A DNA stretch of 64,000 bases from Vicinamibacterales bacterium (GCA_038320555.1 JBBQEJ010000002.1:22618-86617), one strand, 5' to 3'; numbered from the stretch's first letter, positions 1-9,734 are shown. A program made the numbers and translations. Notes: generated by a model not told the origin, from the letters alone.

Positions 1-541
1 CGGGCTGCGCCTGGAAAGGATTTGGCGCCGGGACGTTCTGCGGGCCCATGCCTGGAGGCACCGCTACCTGAGGCTGCTCCACCGGATCGTCATCGTCGGC
101 GATCGGAACCGGCATCTGCTGGACCATGGCCGCCGGCGGACGGCCGAACTGAGTGGGTGGCGGTGTGCTTGCCATGCCCACCGGCCCTCGGCTGACCGGC
201 AGGATCATGACCTTCTCGAACTGCGAGGCTCCCGCAAGATTGCCCCCCCGTGGTGCGGCAATATAGCCGCTCGCCGAACGCAGGACTAAATCGAGGACCT
301 CGCGCTCGGGGCGATCGACCAGCTGAAGCGTCATGGGCGGCCCCGTCAGCTTGTCCCCGTTGACGATGGTCGTTTTTCCGACGCGAGCCCACTCGTCCAG
401 GATCTGTCGCAAAGGCACGTCCTGAGCGATGAGGGTCGCGCGGCCGTTGGCGAGCGTCAACGTCAAATCGCCCGCTGTCGCGAGCGAAGCCGAGCCTGCG
501 ACCAGGGCCGCAAGGGCGACGCAGCGATAGAACTTCTGCAT
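1..541 (-). CDS. secreted protein, N-terminal part (gene runs off the left edge); signal peptide, possible STN-like region, Pro-rich distal part
   Basis: Not in the ORF track because no stop lies inside the window. The reverse frame from ATG 541..539 reads MQKFYRCVALAALVAGSASLATAGDLTLTLANGRATLIAQDVPLRQILDEWARVGKTTIVNGDKLTGPPMTLQLVDRPEREVLDLVLR... I found no in-frame stop down to position 2. The N-terminus has a clear n/h/c signal-peptide layout. Function is a guess. Confidence 0.5.
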   Translation of the reverse strand, partial: MQKFYRCVALAALVAGSASLATAGDLTLTLANGRATLIAQDVPLRQILDEWARVGKTTIVNGDKLTGPPMTLQLVDRPEREVLDLVLRSASGYIAAPRGGNLAGASQFEKVMILPVSRGPVGMASTPPPTQFGRPPAAMVQQMPVPIADDDDPVEQPQVAVPPGMGPQNVPAPNPFQAQP

Positions 542-643
542 GGGAATGCCTCAATAACCAGTATACGCTCGTTAGACGGTCCCGCCAGCTCAGCGGGCGG
601 ATAAAAAGGGGATCAACCTGAGTCCTTCATGCGCCCTTGAGCG

Positions 644-1603
644 CTAGGTAAGCTTCGTGATCCAGAGCGGCGAATCCTTACGGGGCAAATCGCAAGCCCG
701 GCAGATGTCAGGTCCGCCACTCTCGAGGTGTTCACGGCGCACGTCCCGATACGCCTCAGCGTTCCAGATTTCGGCGATGGAGTGGGTGTTCAGGTCGCCG
801 AGTATCGTCTTGCCATCGAAGTCGGCGCAGCAAAGCGACACCCGGCCGTCCCACAGCACCGTGAACGTCAGCCAGGGCCGGTAGCACGGATAGGTGACGT
901 CGGATTCCTTGTTGAGCGTGCCGGCCCAGTTGTGGAGATCGGTAACGTGAATCTTGTCGGCGATGGCGCGCCAGTGTTCGATGAACGCCTGTTCGTCGGC
1001 CGAGTTGTTCTGACGCACGAACGACAGGATCAACTTGGGCCTGCGCTTGCCGCTCTCGGCGCGCAGCCGTACGAGGCGCTCGATGTTCCCGATCACCTTG
1101 TCGTACTTCAGTCCGATGCGGGTCGATTCGAACACTTCCTTGCCCGAGGCGTCCACGCTGATGTTGATGGCGTCCAGGCCTGCGTCGATCATGCCGCGGG
1201 CAATCTGGTCGGTGATGAGCGATCCGTTGCTGATCATCCCGACTTCCTTGATGCCCTGCTGCTTCGCGTAGCGGACTTTCTCGACGAGCTTCCTGTCGAT
1301 GAAGGCCTCGCCGTAGTTGTGCATGCGAACGTGGGTGATCCCCAGTTCCACGCATTCGTCCACAATCTTGCGGAAGAGCTCGACGCTCATGATGCCCTGC
1401 CGCCGATGCATGTCGTCGCGGGGACAGAACACGCATTTCGCGTTGCAGATATTCGTGCTTTCGATCTGCACGATTTCCGGCATCCTGGGCGCGCGATCCC
1501 GTCCTGTCGCAAGCAGGAGGCGCCGCACAGGCTTCGCCTGCGCGCGAAGCAGGTGCTCCGCGGCACGGCGCGCACGCGTCTTGATGTTCATGGACTGGGT
1601 CAT
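644..1603 (-). CDS. radical SAM enzyme with Cys-rich SPASM/twitch-like C-terminal domain
   Basis: 319 aa. CX3CX2C motif in IESTNICNAKCVFCPRD. C-terminal Cys cluster CYRPW...SLCCADFDG...PDICRACD. ATG 1603 lies 8 nt after the upstream stop. An internal Met start at 1483 is not excluded. Confidence 0.85.
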   Translation of the reverse strand: MTQSMNIKTRARRAAEHLLRAQAKPVRRLLLATGRDRAPRMPEIVQIESTNICNAKCVFCPRDDMHRRQGIMSVELFRKIVDECVELGITHVRMHNYGEAFIDRKLVEKVRYAKQQGIKEVGMISNGSLITDQIARGMIDAGLDAINISVDASGKEVFESTRIGLKYDKVIGNIERLVRLRAESGKRRPKLILSFVRQNNSADEQAFIEHWRAIADKIHVTDLHNWAGTLNKESDVTYPCYRPWLTFTVLWDGRVSLCCADFDGKTILGDLNTHSIAEIWNAEAYRDVRREHLESGGPDICRACDLPRKDSPLWITKLT

Positions 1604-1611
1604 CAGAACTG

Positions 1612-2574
1612 CTAGAGCTGGCGAAAATACTCGATGACGCGCCTCAGCGTCTCATCGAGTTCGACAGTCGGCTCGTATCCGACGAGCGCCCTGATCCGCG
1701 CGATGTCAGGTACCCGGCGCGGCATATCCTCGAAGCCGGCCTCGTACGCCTTCTCGTACGGGATCGTGACGATTTCAGAGCTGCTGCCCGTCATTTTCTT
1801 GACCTTGGCGGCGAGCTCGCCGATCGTAATCTCTCTACCGTTGCCGATGTTGAAAACCTGGCCGATGGCGCGGGGTTCGTCGATCAAGGCTACCATAGCC
1901 CGCACGACGTCCCCGACATAGGTGAAGCTCCGCGACTGTGAGCCGTCGCCGAAAACGGTGATTGGCTGCCCCGCGAGCGCCTGCCGGACGAAGTTTGGGA
2001 TCACCATCCCGTATTGCCCTGTCTGTCTCGGGCCGACCGTGTTGAACAGGCGCACCACAATCACCGGCAGCTTGCGCTCTTTCCAGTACGCCAGGGCAAG
2101 GAACTCGTCGATCATCTTGCTGCACGCATAGGCCCACCGGTGCTTCGTGGTGGGCCCGAGCACGAGGTCCGCGTCCTCCCGGAAGGGTACATCGGTGCTC
2201 TTGCCGTACACTTCCGAGGTCGACGCGATCAGAACGAGTTTCTTCTTCTTGTTCGCCAGCTTGAGCACGACTTCCGTGCCGTGCACGTTGGTTTCGATCG
2301 TGTGCACGGGCTGCTCGACGATCAGCTTGACACCGACGGCCGCAGCAAGATGCACGACAATGTCGCACCGATCGATGAGCTCGGCCAGGACCGGCTCGTT
2401 CGTGACGGTGTCGATCGTGTAGTGAAAGCGCGGATTCTTCTTGAGATGGACGACGTTGTCGATCGAGCCGGTCGACAGATTGTCGAGAATGAAGACTTCG
2501 TCGCCGCGCTCGAGGAGCGTCTCGGCCAGGTGGCTTCCGACAAAGCCGGCCCCACCTGTGATCAGAACACGCAT
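1612..2574 (-). CDS. NAD-dependent sugar epimerase/dehydratase (extended SDR)
   Basis: 320 aa. Rossmann motif MRVLITGGAGFVGSHL and catalytic YACSK (YxxxK). Layout of UDP-sugar epimerases, decarboxylases and 4,6-dehydratases. Confidence 0.9.
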   Translation of the reverse strand: MRVLITGGAGFVGSHLAETLLERGDEVFILDNLSTGSIDNVVHLKKNPRFHYTIDTVTNEPVLAELIDRCDIVVHLAAAVGVKLIVEQPVHTIETNVHGTEVVLKLANKKKKLVLIASTSEVYGKSTDVPFREDADLVLGPTTKHRWAYACSKMIDEFLALAYWKERKLPVIVVRLFNTVGPRQTGQYGMVIPNFVRQALAGQPITVFGDGSQSRSFTYVGDVVRAMVALIDEPRAIGQVFNIGNGREITIGELAAKVKKMTGSSSEIVTIPYEKAYEAGFEDMPRRVPDIARIRALVGYEPTVELDETLRRVIEYFRQL

Positions 2575-2613
2575 CGGTCCTTCGTCCTTCCCTTCTTTCG
2601 TCGCGTCAGCGAA

Positions 2614-4455
2614 TCACGGCTGAGATCCGTGGCTGATCAGGGCCAGCACCGCGTCGGCCGAACGAGCGGCAGCCCCGCCGTCCGAGGCGATCCCGACGCG
2701 CGGCAGATACTCGCTCCGGGCGCGCTCCATCTGCAGGCGGAATCCTTGATCATACAGGATCCGGCGAAGCGCCGGGGCGATCTCGGTGGCGCTCGCGGCC
2801 CCCGCCATGATGCCTGCCTCGACAAATGGGGACAGGTTGTTGGGCAAACCGATCACAAGAGCGGGGACGCCGAGCACCGCGGCGTCGAGCGCCACGGTTG
2901 AGTTGACTGTCACGATGGCCTGGCTCGCCCTCAAGAGCGGCGCCAGCGGTGCGGCGGCGGGCAGGACCCGGATGTTCGCACGTCCCTCGGCAATCGGCCT
3001 GTAGGCCTCGGGCGTTTCGGCCGGATGCGTCTTGACGGCGAGCTGCACGTCCGGCATCCCGGCGACGGCCTCTGCGAGCGCGGCAAGCACGTGTCGCGAC
3101 TGGCGGTACTTGGCGACGAACAGGATGAGCGCGCGCGACCGGCCGGCGCCAGCGGCATCGAGCGTGGCCGCGATGTCCTGCGGCGATAGCGCCGCGGCAG
3201 CGCGGACGAGCGCGTCGAGGCGCGGACTCCCGGTCACCGTCAGCGAAGCAGCTGGAAACTGTCCGTGTTGCTCGAGATGCGCACGCGCGTAGTCGTCAAA
3301 GACCAGCGTCTTCACCGGACGCGGAAAACCCGCGTCCGCCGGGTTCCCCGGATCCGCATGCATCTCGTCCGGTTCGTGCAGGTAGTTGAGCCACGAGCGA
3401 TAAATGAAACCGTGCTGCAGTCCGGCAGTGGGGATTCCCCGGCGGCGGGCTTCGAGCATCAACGCGCGTCCCCAGCCGCCGGCCTCCGCGTATGTCAACG
3501 CGACGGCGGGCCGCAACGCATCAAGCGCGGCTCCCGCTTCATCCATGGCGCGGGCCGACCAGGGCCATTGCAGCAGCGCGATGCCCGCAAGCTCCTCTCG
3601 GATCGCTGGCCAGCAATCGTAGCCGCCGATTGCCGCGTGCTGCCGCACGTGTGTGCTGTTCCAGAGCGCGCGACGCATGGCGTGCCTGTCACCCCAGACG
3701 CGGAGCGAATCGCGCAGCGTCGCGAGTGGCGCGAGCGACTCGACCGGGATGGCTGCGTTTCTGCTGCGGTCCTGCCGAAGCACGTGCCACCATCGTCTCG
3801 CGCGGAAATTTTCGGCAGGACCTACACCGACATACGTCACCGCGTTGCCGAGGCGTCCTTCGAGTGCCTCGAGCACCGGACCGATGTACGACTCACCGCC
3901 GCCCGTGGAGGCGTCCGACCGCCAGAATGCGCGATGGACGAAGGCCGCGATTCGCGTCGACCCATCGGCCGCCGGGGCGGCCCTGGTTCGCGCTCGGGAT
4001 GCCTTCGCGGCGAGCGTGAGCCCACGCGCGCGCAGGTCCATGCGCATGATCCGCATCCGGCTTCCGGCAAACCCGCCGGCGCCGCGGTAGCGGATCCCGT
4101 GGACGCGCGCCGCCTGCGGCGCCAGGCCGCGAAGCAGGCGGTGTCGGCTCTCCACGCGTATTTCCACCGGACGTTCGCACTCAATCAGGTGATCGAGCGC
4201 GGCAATGGTACGGAAGAGACCCAGGACGACCTGATGCTTGTGGAGGTAAAGCTCAGCGAACCACCACAGTGAATCGCCTCGAAGAGTGAACCGCCGCCGC
4301 AGGGGCTGGCCCTCGACGTCGAGCTGGCGGAGCCGTTTGATCCAGGTGTGTTCGGCCGCGATCGCCTGCTCTTCGGCGGCAGCGTTCAGATAGTCGCCCA
4401 GCCGCACCCGGCGCGGGCCGGTTCCACTGTCCACCATCAGCACGTCGTCGTTCAT
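2614..4455 (-). CDS. hypothetical protein, C-terminal half GT-B / capsule-synthesis-like transferase (family not recognised)
   Basis: Track ORF 2614..4608 trimmed to ATG 4455. That start forms an ATGA overlap with the stop of the upstream GT9 gene (tcat at 4452-4455). The C-terminal blocks ILFVAKY...LAVKTHPAE...IVTVNSTVALDAAVLGVPALV resemble KxHP-type transferases (KpsC/S- or TagF-like). This is a weak call made by eye. Confidence 0.6.
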   Translation of the reverse strand: MNDDVLMVDSGTGPRRVRLGDYLNAAAEEQAIAAEHTWIKRLRQLDVEGQPLRRRFTLRGDSLWWFAELYLHKHQVVLGLFRTIAALDHLIECERPVEIRVESRHRLLRGLAPQAARVHGIRYRGAGGFAGSRMRIMRMDLRARGLTLAAKASRARTRAAPAADGSTRIAAFVHRAFWRSDASTGGGESYIGPVLEALEGRLGNAVTYVGVGPAENFRARRWWHVLRQDRSRNAAIPVESLAPLATLRDSLRVWGDRHAMRRALWNSTHVRQHAAIGGYDCWPAIREELAGIALLQWPWSARAMDEAGAALDALRPAVALTYAEAGGWGRALMLEARRRGIPTAGLQHGFIYRSWLNYLHEPDEMHADPGNPADAGFPRPVKTLVFDDYARAHLEQHGQFPAASLTVTGSPRLDALVRAAAALSPQDIAATLDAAGAGRSRALILFVAKYRQSRHVLAALAEAVAGMPDVQLAVKTHPAETPEAYRPIAEGRANIRVLPAAAPLAPLLRASQAIVTVNSTVALDAAVLGVPALVIGLPNNLSPFVEAGIMAGAASATEIAPALRRILYDQGFRLQMERARSEYLPRVGIASDGGAAARSADAVLALISHGSQP

Positions 4456-5648
4456 GCGGTTGAGGTCCGCGCCGGAATGCTGCCGCGCCGCCGGGATTCG
4501 TCGAGGACCGACAGCGCCGCCGTGAAAACGCTGTCGGCGGTGATGGACGCGAGGCAATCTGGTGTGTGCCCCACGCAGCGCGCGGGAGGCAGCCGAATCC
4601 GGTTGCACGGGCTACACGGAAGGTCTACGCGGACGACGCGATCGGATGGACCCCGAGGGGCGTAGCGCGCCGGATCGGAGGGACCAAAGACGGCGACAAC
4701 CGGGGTGCTGACCGCAACGGCGAGATGCATCGGTCCCGTGTCACCGGTGACGAGGAGATCGAGACGCTCGATGACAGCGGCAAGCGTGAGCAGGTCCAGC
4801 CGGCCGGCAACATCGACGACATTCGCGGCTGGTAACACGTGCTTGATCGTGTCGACAAGCGGTCGATCGTCGCTGGAGCCAGTCAGCACGACCGTGGCGC
4901 CGAGCGTCTCGACCAGGCGTCGCGCAACATCTGCGAAGCGTTCAGCTGGCCACTGCTTGATCGCGCGTCCGCCGCTGACGTGCACGCCGATGAGCGGCCC
5001 GCTCGCGGCGCCGAGCAGCCGCGAGGCGTTGTCGTGCGCCTCGGATGGCACGATGAGAGTCGGCGCGTCCTGGGCCGGAGGCGTGGCGCCGAAGATCGTC
5101 GACACCAGCCGGCTCGCGTTGTCGGTCGTGTGCGCGCGAGTGTCGTAGTCGATCGCCAGATCGAGCAGCGCGCCTCCGCCGCCGCTCCGGTATCCGGCGG
5201 TCCACGCGGCGCCCGACGCCGCCAGAACCATGTTGCTGCGCACGTCCGGTTCGAAGTTGATCGCGAGGTCGTACCGGACGGCCTTCCAGTGCCGGGCTGC
5301 GCGAACGAGAGACAGGAGGCTCTGTCCCTGGCCCCCACGAGCGAGCCACGCCGCATCGAGCGACTGAATGCGCCTCACCGGGTCGATCGACCGCGCGAGG
5401 TCGGCATTCCAGCTCCCGACGACGAGGTCGATCTCGGCGTGCGGGGCGAGCGCCTGCACGTCAGCAATGGCCGGAAGCACCATCAGCAGATCCCCAATCC
5501 GCTCGAGGCGCAGCAGAAGGATCCGCCGTGGTTCGGTCGGGGCGCGGCGGCGGAAAGGGCGCACGACTGCAGCTCCCAGTCCAAGGACGCGGTCGGCGGT
5601 CGTCACGACCGCCCGCTCGCGGCGATCGTAAATATGCAGGCGGGACAT
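4452..5648 (-). CDS. glycosyltransferase family 9 (ADP-heptose:LPS heptosyltransferase-like)
   Basis: 398 aa. RILLLRLERIGDLLMVLPA near the N-terminus and GDTGPMHLAVAVSTPVVAVFGPSDP near the C-terminus are the hallmark GT9 blocks. Confidence 0.85.
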   Translation of the reverse strand: MSRLHIYDRRERAVVTTADRVLGLGAAVVRPFRRRAPTEPRRILLLRLERIGDLLMVLPAIADVQALAPHAEIDLVVGSWNADLARSIDPVRRIQSLDAAWLARGGQGQSLLSLVRAARHWKAVRYDLAINFEPDVRSNMVLAASGAAWTAGYRSGGGGALLDLAIDYDTRAHTTDNASRLVSTIFGATPPAQDAPTLIVPSEAHDNASRLLGAASGPLIGVHVSGGRAIKQWPAERFADVARRLVETLGATVVLTGSSDDRPLVDTIKHVLPAANVVDVAGRLDLLTLAAVIERLDLLVTGDTGPMHLAVAVSTPVVAVFGPSDPARYAPRGPSDRVVRVDLPCSPCNRIRLPPARCVGHTPDCLASITADSVFTAALSVLDESRRRGSIPARTSTA

Positions 5649-5660
5649 TCGGGGCTCGAG

Positions 5661-8183
5661 CTATCTTACCGCCACGCGATCGACCATCACGCCGACGTCG
5701 CGGTCGTCGGGCGTTCCAAGCACGCTCCGCGGCCTCCATGTCGGCGTCACGAGCTTCAGCTCGACCGGATCGCCTGTCCCGGCCGCGAGGGCCGCGAGAT
5801 CCGGCGGAATAGCGAACCGATAGGGCAGGAATCCGCCCCGGACCCGCGCCGTGCCGAGCCACTGGCCCTGCAGGTAGACGCGCACATCGGCTGGGACCAC
5901 GGACGGCGGCCGCCCGCCGTCGCTCATCCAGATCGTCACCTCGCGGCTGGACGGCTGGAGCACCGTGATGGATACGTACGACGTGGCACCCGTCCAGCGG
6001 AACGTGTGCCCCTCCGATGTTTCCTTCGCGTGGAACCTCACGACCTGGAGGTCGTCGCGCATGCCGACGTCGAGATCGAACCAGAGCCCGTCGCGCGCCT
6101 CTGGCGCCGTGAACTCGTAGACTCCGTACTCGAATTCCTTCTGACGGACGAATCGCGGAAACGCATCGAGCGGCGTGTCGTACTCCGGCACCTGGAAACG
6201 TTCGCTCGCAAGCGGTCGAACGCCGTACCGGTGCGACAGCAGGTCGGTGCCCCCGCCGCCGATGAACAACACGCGGTGATAGCGCGTATGCGCCCAATCA
6301 AGGAACGCCGCAAGCGTCGGCTTGTCGGGTCGGACCGGTTGCAGCACGAGGACGTTGCGCGCGTAGGTGTACGCAAGCGGAAGTGCGAGGACGTGCACGT
6401 CGCTGCCGGTATCGCGCGATTCGGCAAGGACCAGGTCGTCGTCGCCGATCGTTCCGGCGAGGCGCTCCAACCTGGGGATCAGTCCCGCGTACTCGACATG
6501 ATCGACGACCGGCCGGCTGGTGCGCGCGTAGTGGAGCGCAAGCAGCGCGATGAAGACCATGCGCACCAGGGTTCGCAGCACTCCAGCGGCGGTTCGCGGC
6601 GCACGAATCCCTCCGAGCGCGGCCGCCGACGCGAACAGAAGCATGCCGGGGAGAATCACCGGAAGGAACCGCCGCGTCATCCAGAAGTGATCGGGAGCGA
6701 TTCGAATCTTGAAGAAGAAGAAACAGGCGAACACGACGACCGTCATGATGAGTGCGGGATCGCGCCAGAACGCCCGCCGCGCCACGAGCCAGAAGCCGAT
6801 CAGTGCCGCCATGAGCCCCGGCAGTGTGAGGTACAGGTTCGTGAAGGTGCGCAGCGCGTTTGCGTCGTGCGCGGCGAGTTTTCCGCCCGGATGCCGGAGA
6901 GTCAGCGCGTAGAGCGCCAGCAGCCAGACGACAGCCACGATCGCGAGCGGCAGCCATTCAAGAACCCGAGGGGAAACCCGCAGCGCGCGAGCCGGCGCAA
7001 GCAGAATGGCCAAGCCGGCCAGCGCCACCACACCAAGCACCACATATTCCCAGGCAGGAAGATTGCTGAGGAACACGATCGGCAGGAACGCGTAGGCGCG
7101 CATGGGGCCGAGCAAATAGATTGACGCAATGGCCGCGACGATCGCGAACGTGGCGACAAACGCCACGCGCGGACGCCGGCCGTCCAGCACACCGAGTGCC
7201 AGGCCGCCCGCGGCACCCGCGATGCCCAGCACAGCGTCGAACCGCAGGAACAACAACAGGCCGAGGAGGACGCCGGCGACGGGTGCGAAGAATCGATCGC
7301 CGTCTACGTGCGCGCGCGCGTTCGCGAGCAGCGCCGCGAACAGCAGCGTTTGCATCACGACCTCGGCGTTCGGGTACCTTGCAAACCACACCTCGATCAC
7401 GTGGAGCGCAAGCAGCCCGGTTGCCGCGGCCGCCGTGATGCGTCCGACAAGACGCGTCCCGGCGAAATACACCGCGAGCAGCCCGAGAATCGCCCAGACG
7501 CTGACGGTCCGTCGAGCGCCGGTCAAGCCGTCGATGCCGTACCCGATGGCAATCGACGCCGGAAACAGGTGCGGAAACTGACCGACGACGGCGCCGGTGT
7601 CGAAGTTCCTGATGAAGAACCCCATGAATCGCAACGGCTCGTCCGCGCGGAAGAACAGGTTGCGTGTGAATGGCGGGACCGTCGCGACGATCGGATCCCG
7701 AAAGATCAGCGCGCCGCGCTGCGCGACCTGAATGCCCTCGTTCATGTACACGCCGGGATCCTTCCCGCCGATGATGTACTCCGCCGGGGGAAAGAAACGC
7801 GAGACCGCGAGCGCGACGAGCATCACGGGCACGATCGCCGTCCACGTCACCCGCCGCGCCGCGGCGCCCAGGCGAAGGCGGCCACGCGCTATCACGGCAC
7901 ACAGCGCCACGGCGCCGATGTCGGCAAAAATCAGCCGGCCGAACGTGTACCGCTGGAATACCGCGAGCCCTAGGACTACGGAGAGCGAGATGGCGAGGCT
8001 GAGCACGACGGCCCAGAAGGCGCGCTCCTCCGCGTCGAGTCCCGCGCGTCTGTCCCTATCGAGCCACGGGAGCCGGAAGATCGCGGCGCCGGGAAGATAG
8101 CCGATGATCGCGAGCGCGATGAGCTGAGTGGCTATCGCCACCGTCGCCCTTCGCCAAGAGGTAGCGGAGTGCCGGTGAGACAA
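5661..8183 (-). CDS. large multi-pass membrane protein, GT-C-type (ArnT/PMT-like) glycosyltransferase with about 230-aa soluble C-terminal domain
   Basis: 840 aa. Many hydrophobic helices span the first ~600 aa, followed by a soluble tail (FEYGVYEFTAPEARDGLWFDLDVGMRDD...). TTG start at 8183; GTG 8141 is an alternative. The family call rests on architecture only. Confidence 0.7.
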   Translation of the reverse strand: MSHRHSATSWRRATVAIATQLIALAIIGYLPGAAIFRLPWLDRDRRAGLDAEERAFWAVVLSLAISLSVVLGLAVFQRYTFGRLIFADIGAVALCAVIARGRLRLGAAARRVTWTAIVPVMLVALAVSRFFPPAEYIIGGKDPGVYMNEGIQVAQRGALIFRDPIVATVPPFTRNLFFRADEPLRFMGFFIRNFDTGAVVGQFPHLFPASIAIGYGIDGLTGARRTVSVWAILGLLAVYFAGTRLVGRITAAAATGLLALHVIEVWFARYPNAEVVMQTLLFAALLANARAHVDGDRFFAPVAGVLLGLLLFLRFDAVLGIAGAAGGLALGVLDGRRPRVAFVATFAIVAAIASIYLLGPMRAYAFLPIVFLSNLPAWEYVVLGVVALAGLAILLAPARALRVSPRVLEWLPLAIVAVVWLLALYALTLRHPGGKLAAHDANALRTFTNLYLTLPGLMAALIGFWLVARRAFWRDPALIMTVVVFACFFFFKIRIAPDHFWMTRRFLPVILPGMLLFASAAALGGIRAPRTAAGVLRTLVRMVFIALLALHYARTSRPVVDHVEYAGLIPRLERLAGTIGDDDLVLAESRDTGSDVHVLALPLAYTYARNVLVLQPVRPDKPTLAAFLDWAHTRYHRVLFIGGGGTDLLSHRYGVRPLASERFQVPEYDTPLDAFPRFVRQKEFEYGVYEFTAPEARDGLWFDLDVGMRDDLQVVRFHAKETSEGHTFRWTGATSYVSITVLQPSSREVTIWMSDGGRPPSVVPADVRVYLQGQWLGTARVRGGFLPYRFAIPPDLAALAAGTGDPVELKLVTPTWRPRSVLGTPDDRDVGVMVDRVAVR

Positions 8184-8194
8184 CGTAACGAATT

Positions 8195-8307
8195 CACCAC
8201 AGGGGCAGCAGAGTTAACGGAGATCATGAATGTTTTGTTCTCTGCTGGCTCCGCTTGCTCCGTGGTGAAACTCTCTCCGCTCTCTCCGTCCACTCCGCTC
8301 TCTCAGG
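8195..8307. repeat. imperfect hairpin (8195-8213 / 8240-8267) plus tandem TCTCTCCG-type units (8271-8307)
   Basis: caccacaggggcagcagag pairs imperfectly with ctctgctggctccgcttgctccgtggtg. This is followed by ctctctccgc tctctccgtc cactccgctc tctcagg. It lies in the only large (129 nt) gap inside the glycan operon, directly after the MBOAT stop. Confidence 0.6.
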
Positions 8308-8312
8308 CGCCA

Positions 8313-9734
8313 TCAGAACTGGAAGTAGATGAACTCGGCGCCCCCGAAGTTTCCGAACAGCATGGTCAGGTAAAACGTCGCGGCGTAAACGGAGTATCGC
8401 ACGCCGACGGGAAGGCGCGGAACGATGAGCAGGTTGTCGTACAGCGCCTCGCACACGTGTACGGCCAGCAACGGTGTCGTATACATCAGCAGCGGGACGA
8501 GCACTCCTTCGACGTTGATGGAGGAGGGAGCGAATGCCGTCAAGAGGCTGCGCGTCATTTCGGTCAGCTGCCTGGCCGATCGCGCGCGGAATATCAGCCA
8601 CCCGTAGCACGTCACATGAAACATGACCGCCCACGACACGATGCGCGCCACGGGAGCGTTGCGTGTGCCCCATGTATGAAAAGCCCGCACGCGATCGGCG
8701 GCCCTGAACGCGACGAGAAGTATGCCGTGATACAGACCCCACAGCACGAACGTCCAGGCGGCGCCGTGCCAGAGTCCGCCGAGCACCATGGTAATGAGGA
8801 GGTTGCGGTTGGTCCGGGCGGCCGAGCCGCGGTTGCCGCCGAGCGGAATATAGAGGTAGTCGCGCAGCCAGGTTGAAAGGCTGATGTGCCAATGGCGCCA
8901 GAACTCTTGCGGCGTCCGGACGAAATACGGGAATCGGAAATTTTCGATGAGCTCGATCCCCATCAACTTCGACGTTCCCCGCGCGATGTTCGAGTAGCCC
9001 GCAAAGTCACCGTAAATCTGGAACGCGAAGGCATACGCTCCGAGGAGCACGTTCACTCCGGTCGGCCTGGCCGCCGGGTCGAACACCATGTTGACAAGGC
9101 CGGCGAGATTGTCGGCGACGAAGACTTTTTGAAAGAACCCCCAGACAATCAACCAGAGCCCGTCGCGGATCTGCTCGCGAGACACCGTGCGCCGTGTGGC
9201 GATCTGAGGAAGCAGCCGGGACGCCCTGAGGATCGGGCCGGCGACGAGATGCGGGAAGTACGCCACGAAGACCGCGAAGTCGAGCAGATGGCGCGTGGGC
9301 GTGATCTCGCGGCGGTACACGTCGATCACGTAACTCATGGTCACGAATGTATAAAACGAGATGCCCACCGGCAGCAGCACACGGACCGTCACGAAGTCGA
9401 GTTGCCAGCCGAGCGCGCCAAAGACCGCGTGCAGGTTGTCTTCGAAGAAGTTGAAATACTTGAAGAATCCGAGGAGCGTGAGATTGAACCCGAGGCTCAG
9501 ACAGAGCAGCGCGCGACGCGACGCCGGGGCGCGCGAGGCGGCCAGCGCGAGCCCGCACGTGTAATCCACGAGCGTGGAGGCCACCAGCAGTCCGAGAAAA
9601 CGCCAGTCCCACGCTGCATAGAAGTAATAGCTCGCGACGAGCAGCAGCCAGTTCTGCCCCCGGTGCGGCAGCACGCGGTACAGCGAGTAGACGACGACGA
9701 AGAACCAGACGAAGTGCAGCGAGTTGAAGACCAT
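8313..9734 (-). CDS. MBOAT family O-acyltransferase (AlgI/DltB/PatA-like)
   Basis: 473 aa multi-pass membrane protein. MBOAT signature FWRHWHISLSTWLRDYLYIPLGGNRGS with the conserved His. Confidence 0.9.
   Translation of the reverse strand: MVFNSLHFVWFFVVVYSLYRVLPHRGQNWLLLVASYYFYAAWDWRFLGLLVASTLVDYTCGLALAASRAPASRRALLCLSLGFNLTLLGFFKYFNFFEDNLHAVFGALGWQLDFVTVRVLLPVGISFYTFVTMSYVIDVYRREITPTRHLLDFAVFVAYFPHLVAGPILRASRLLPQIATRRTVSREQIRDGLWLIVWGFFQKVFVADNLAGLVNMVFDPAARPTGVNVLLGAYAFAFQIYGDFAGYSNIARGTSKLMGIELIENFRFPYFVRTPQEFWRHWHISLSTWLRDYLYIPLGGNRGSAARTNRNLLITMVLGGLWHGAAWTFVLWGLYHGILLVAFRAADRVRAFHTWGTRNAPVARIVSWAVMFHVTCYGWLIFRARSARQLTEMTRSLLTAFAPSSINVEGVLVPLLMYTTPLLAVHVCEALYDNLLIVPRLPVGVRYSVYAATFYLTMLFGNFGGAEFIYFQF

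Noticed and set aside
90-554. Listed 154-aa minus-strand ORF
   Set aside because: It is Arg/Gly/Pro/His-rich with no motifs. A different frame on the same strand (ATG 541) gives a clean signal peptide and stays open to the window edge.
4839-7124. 761-aa plus-strand ORF, and similar long ORFs antisense to the glycan genes (for example 728-1615, 8886-9830, 12012-13160, 18864-20021)
   Set aside because: These are shadow ORFs typical of high-GC DNA. Their composition is dominated by R/G/P/H/D, with no recognisable motifs. Each is fully overlapped by an opposite-strand gene with clear family signatures.
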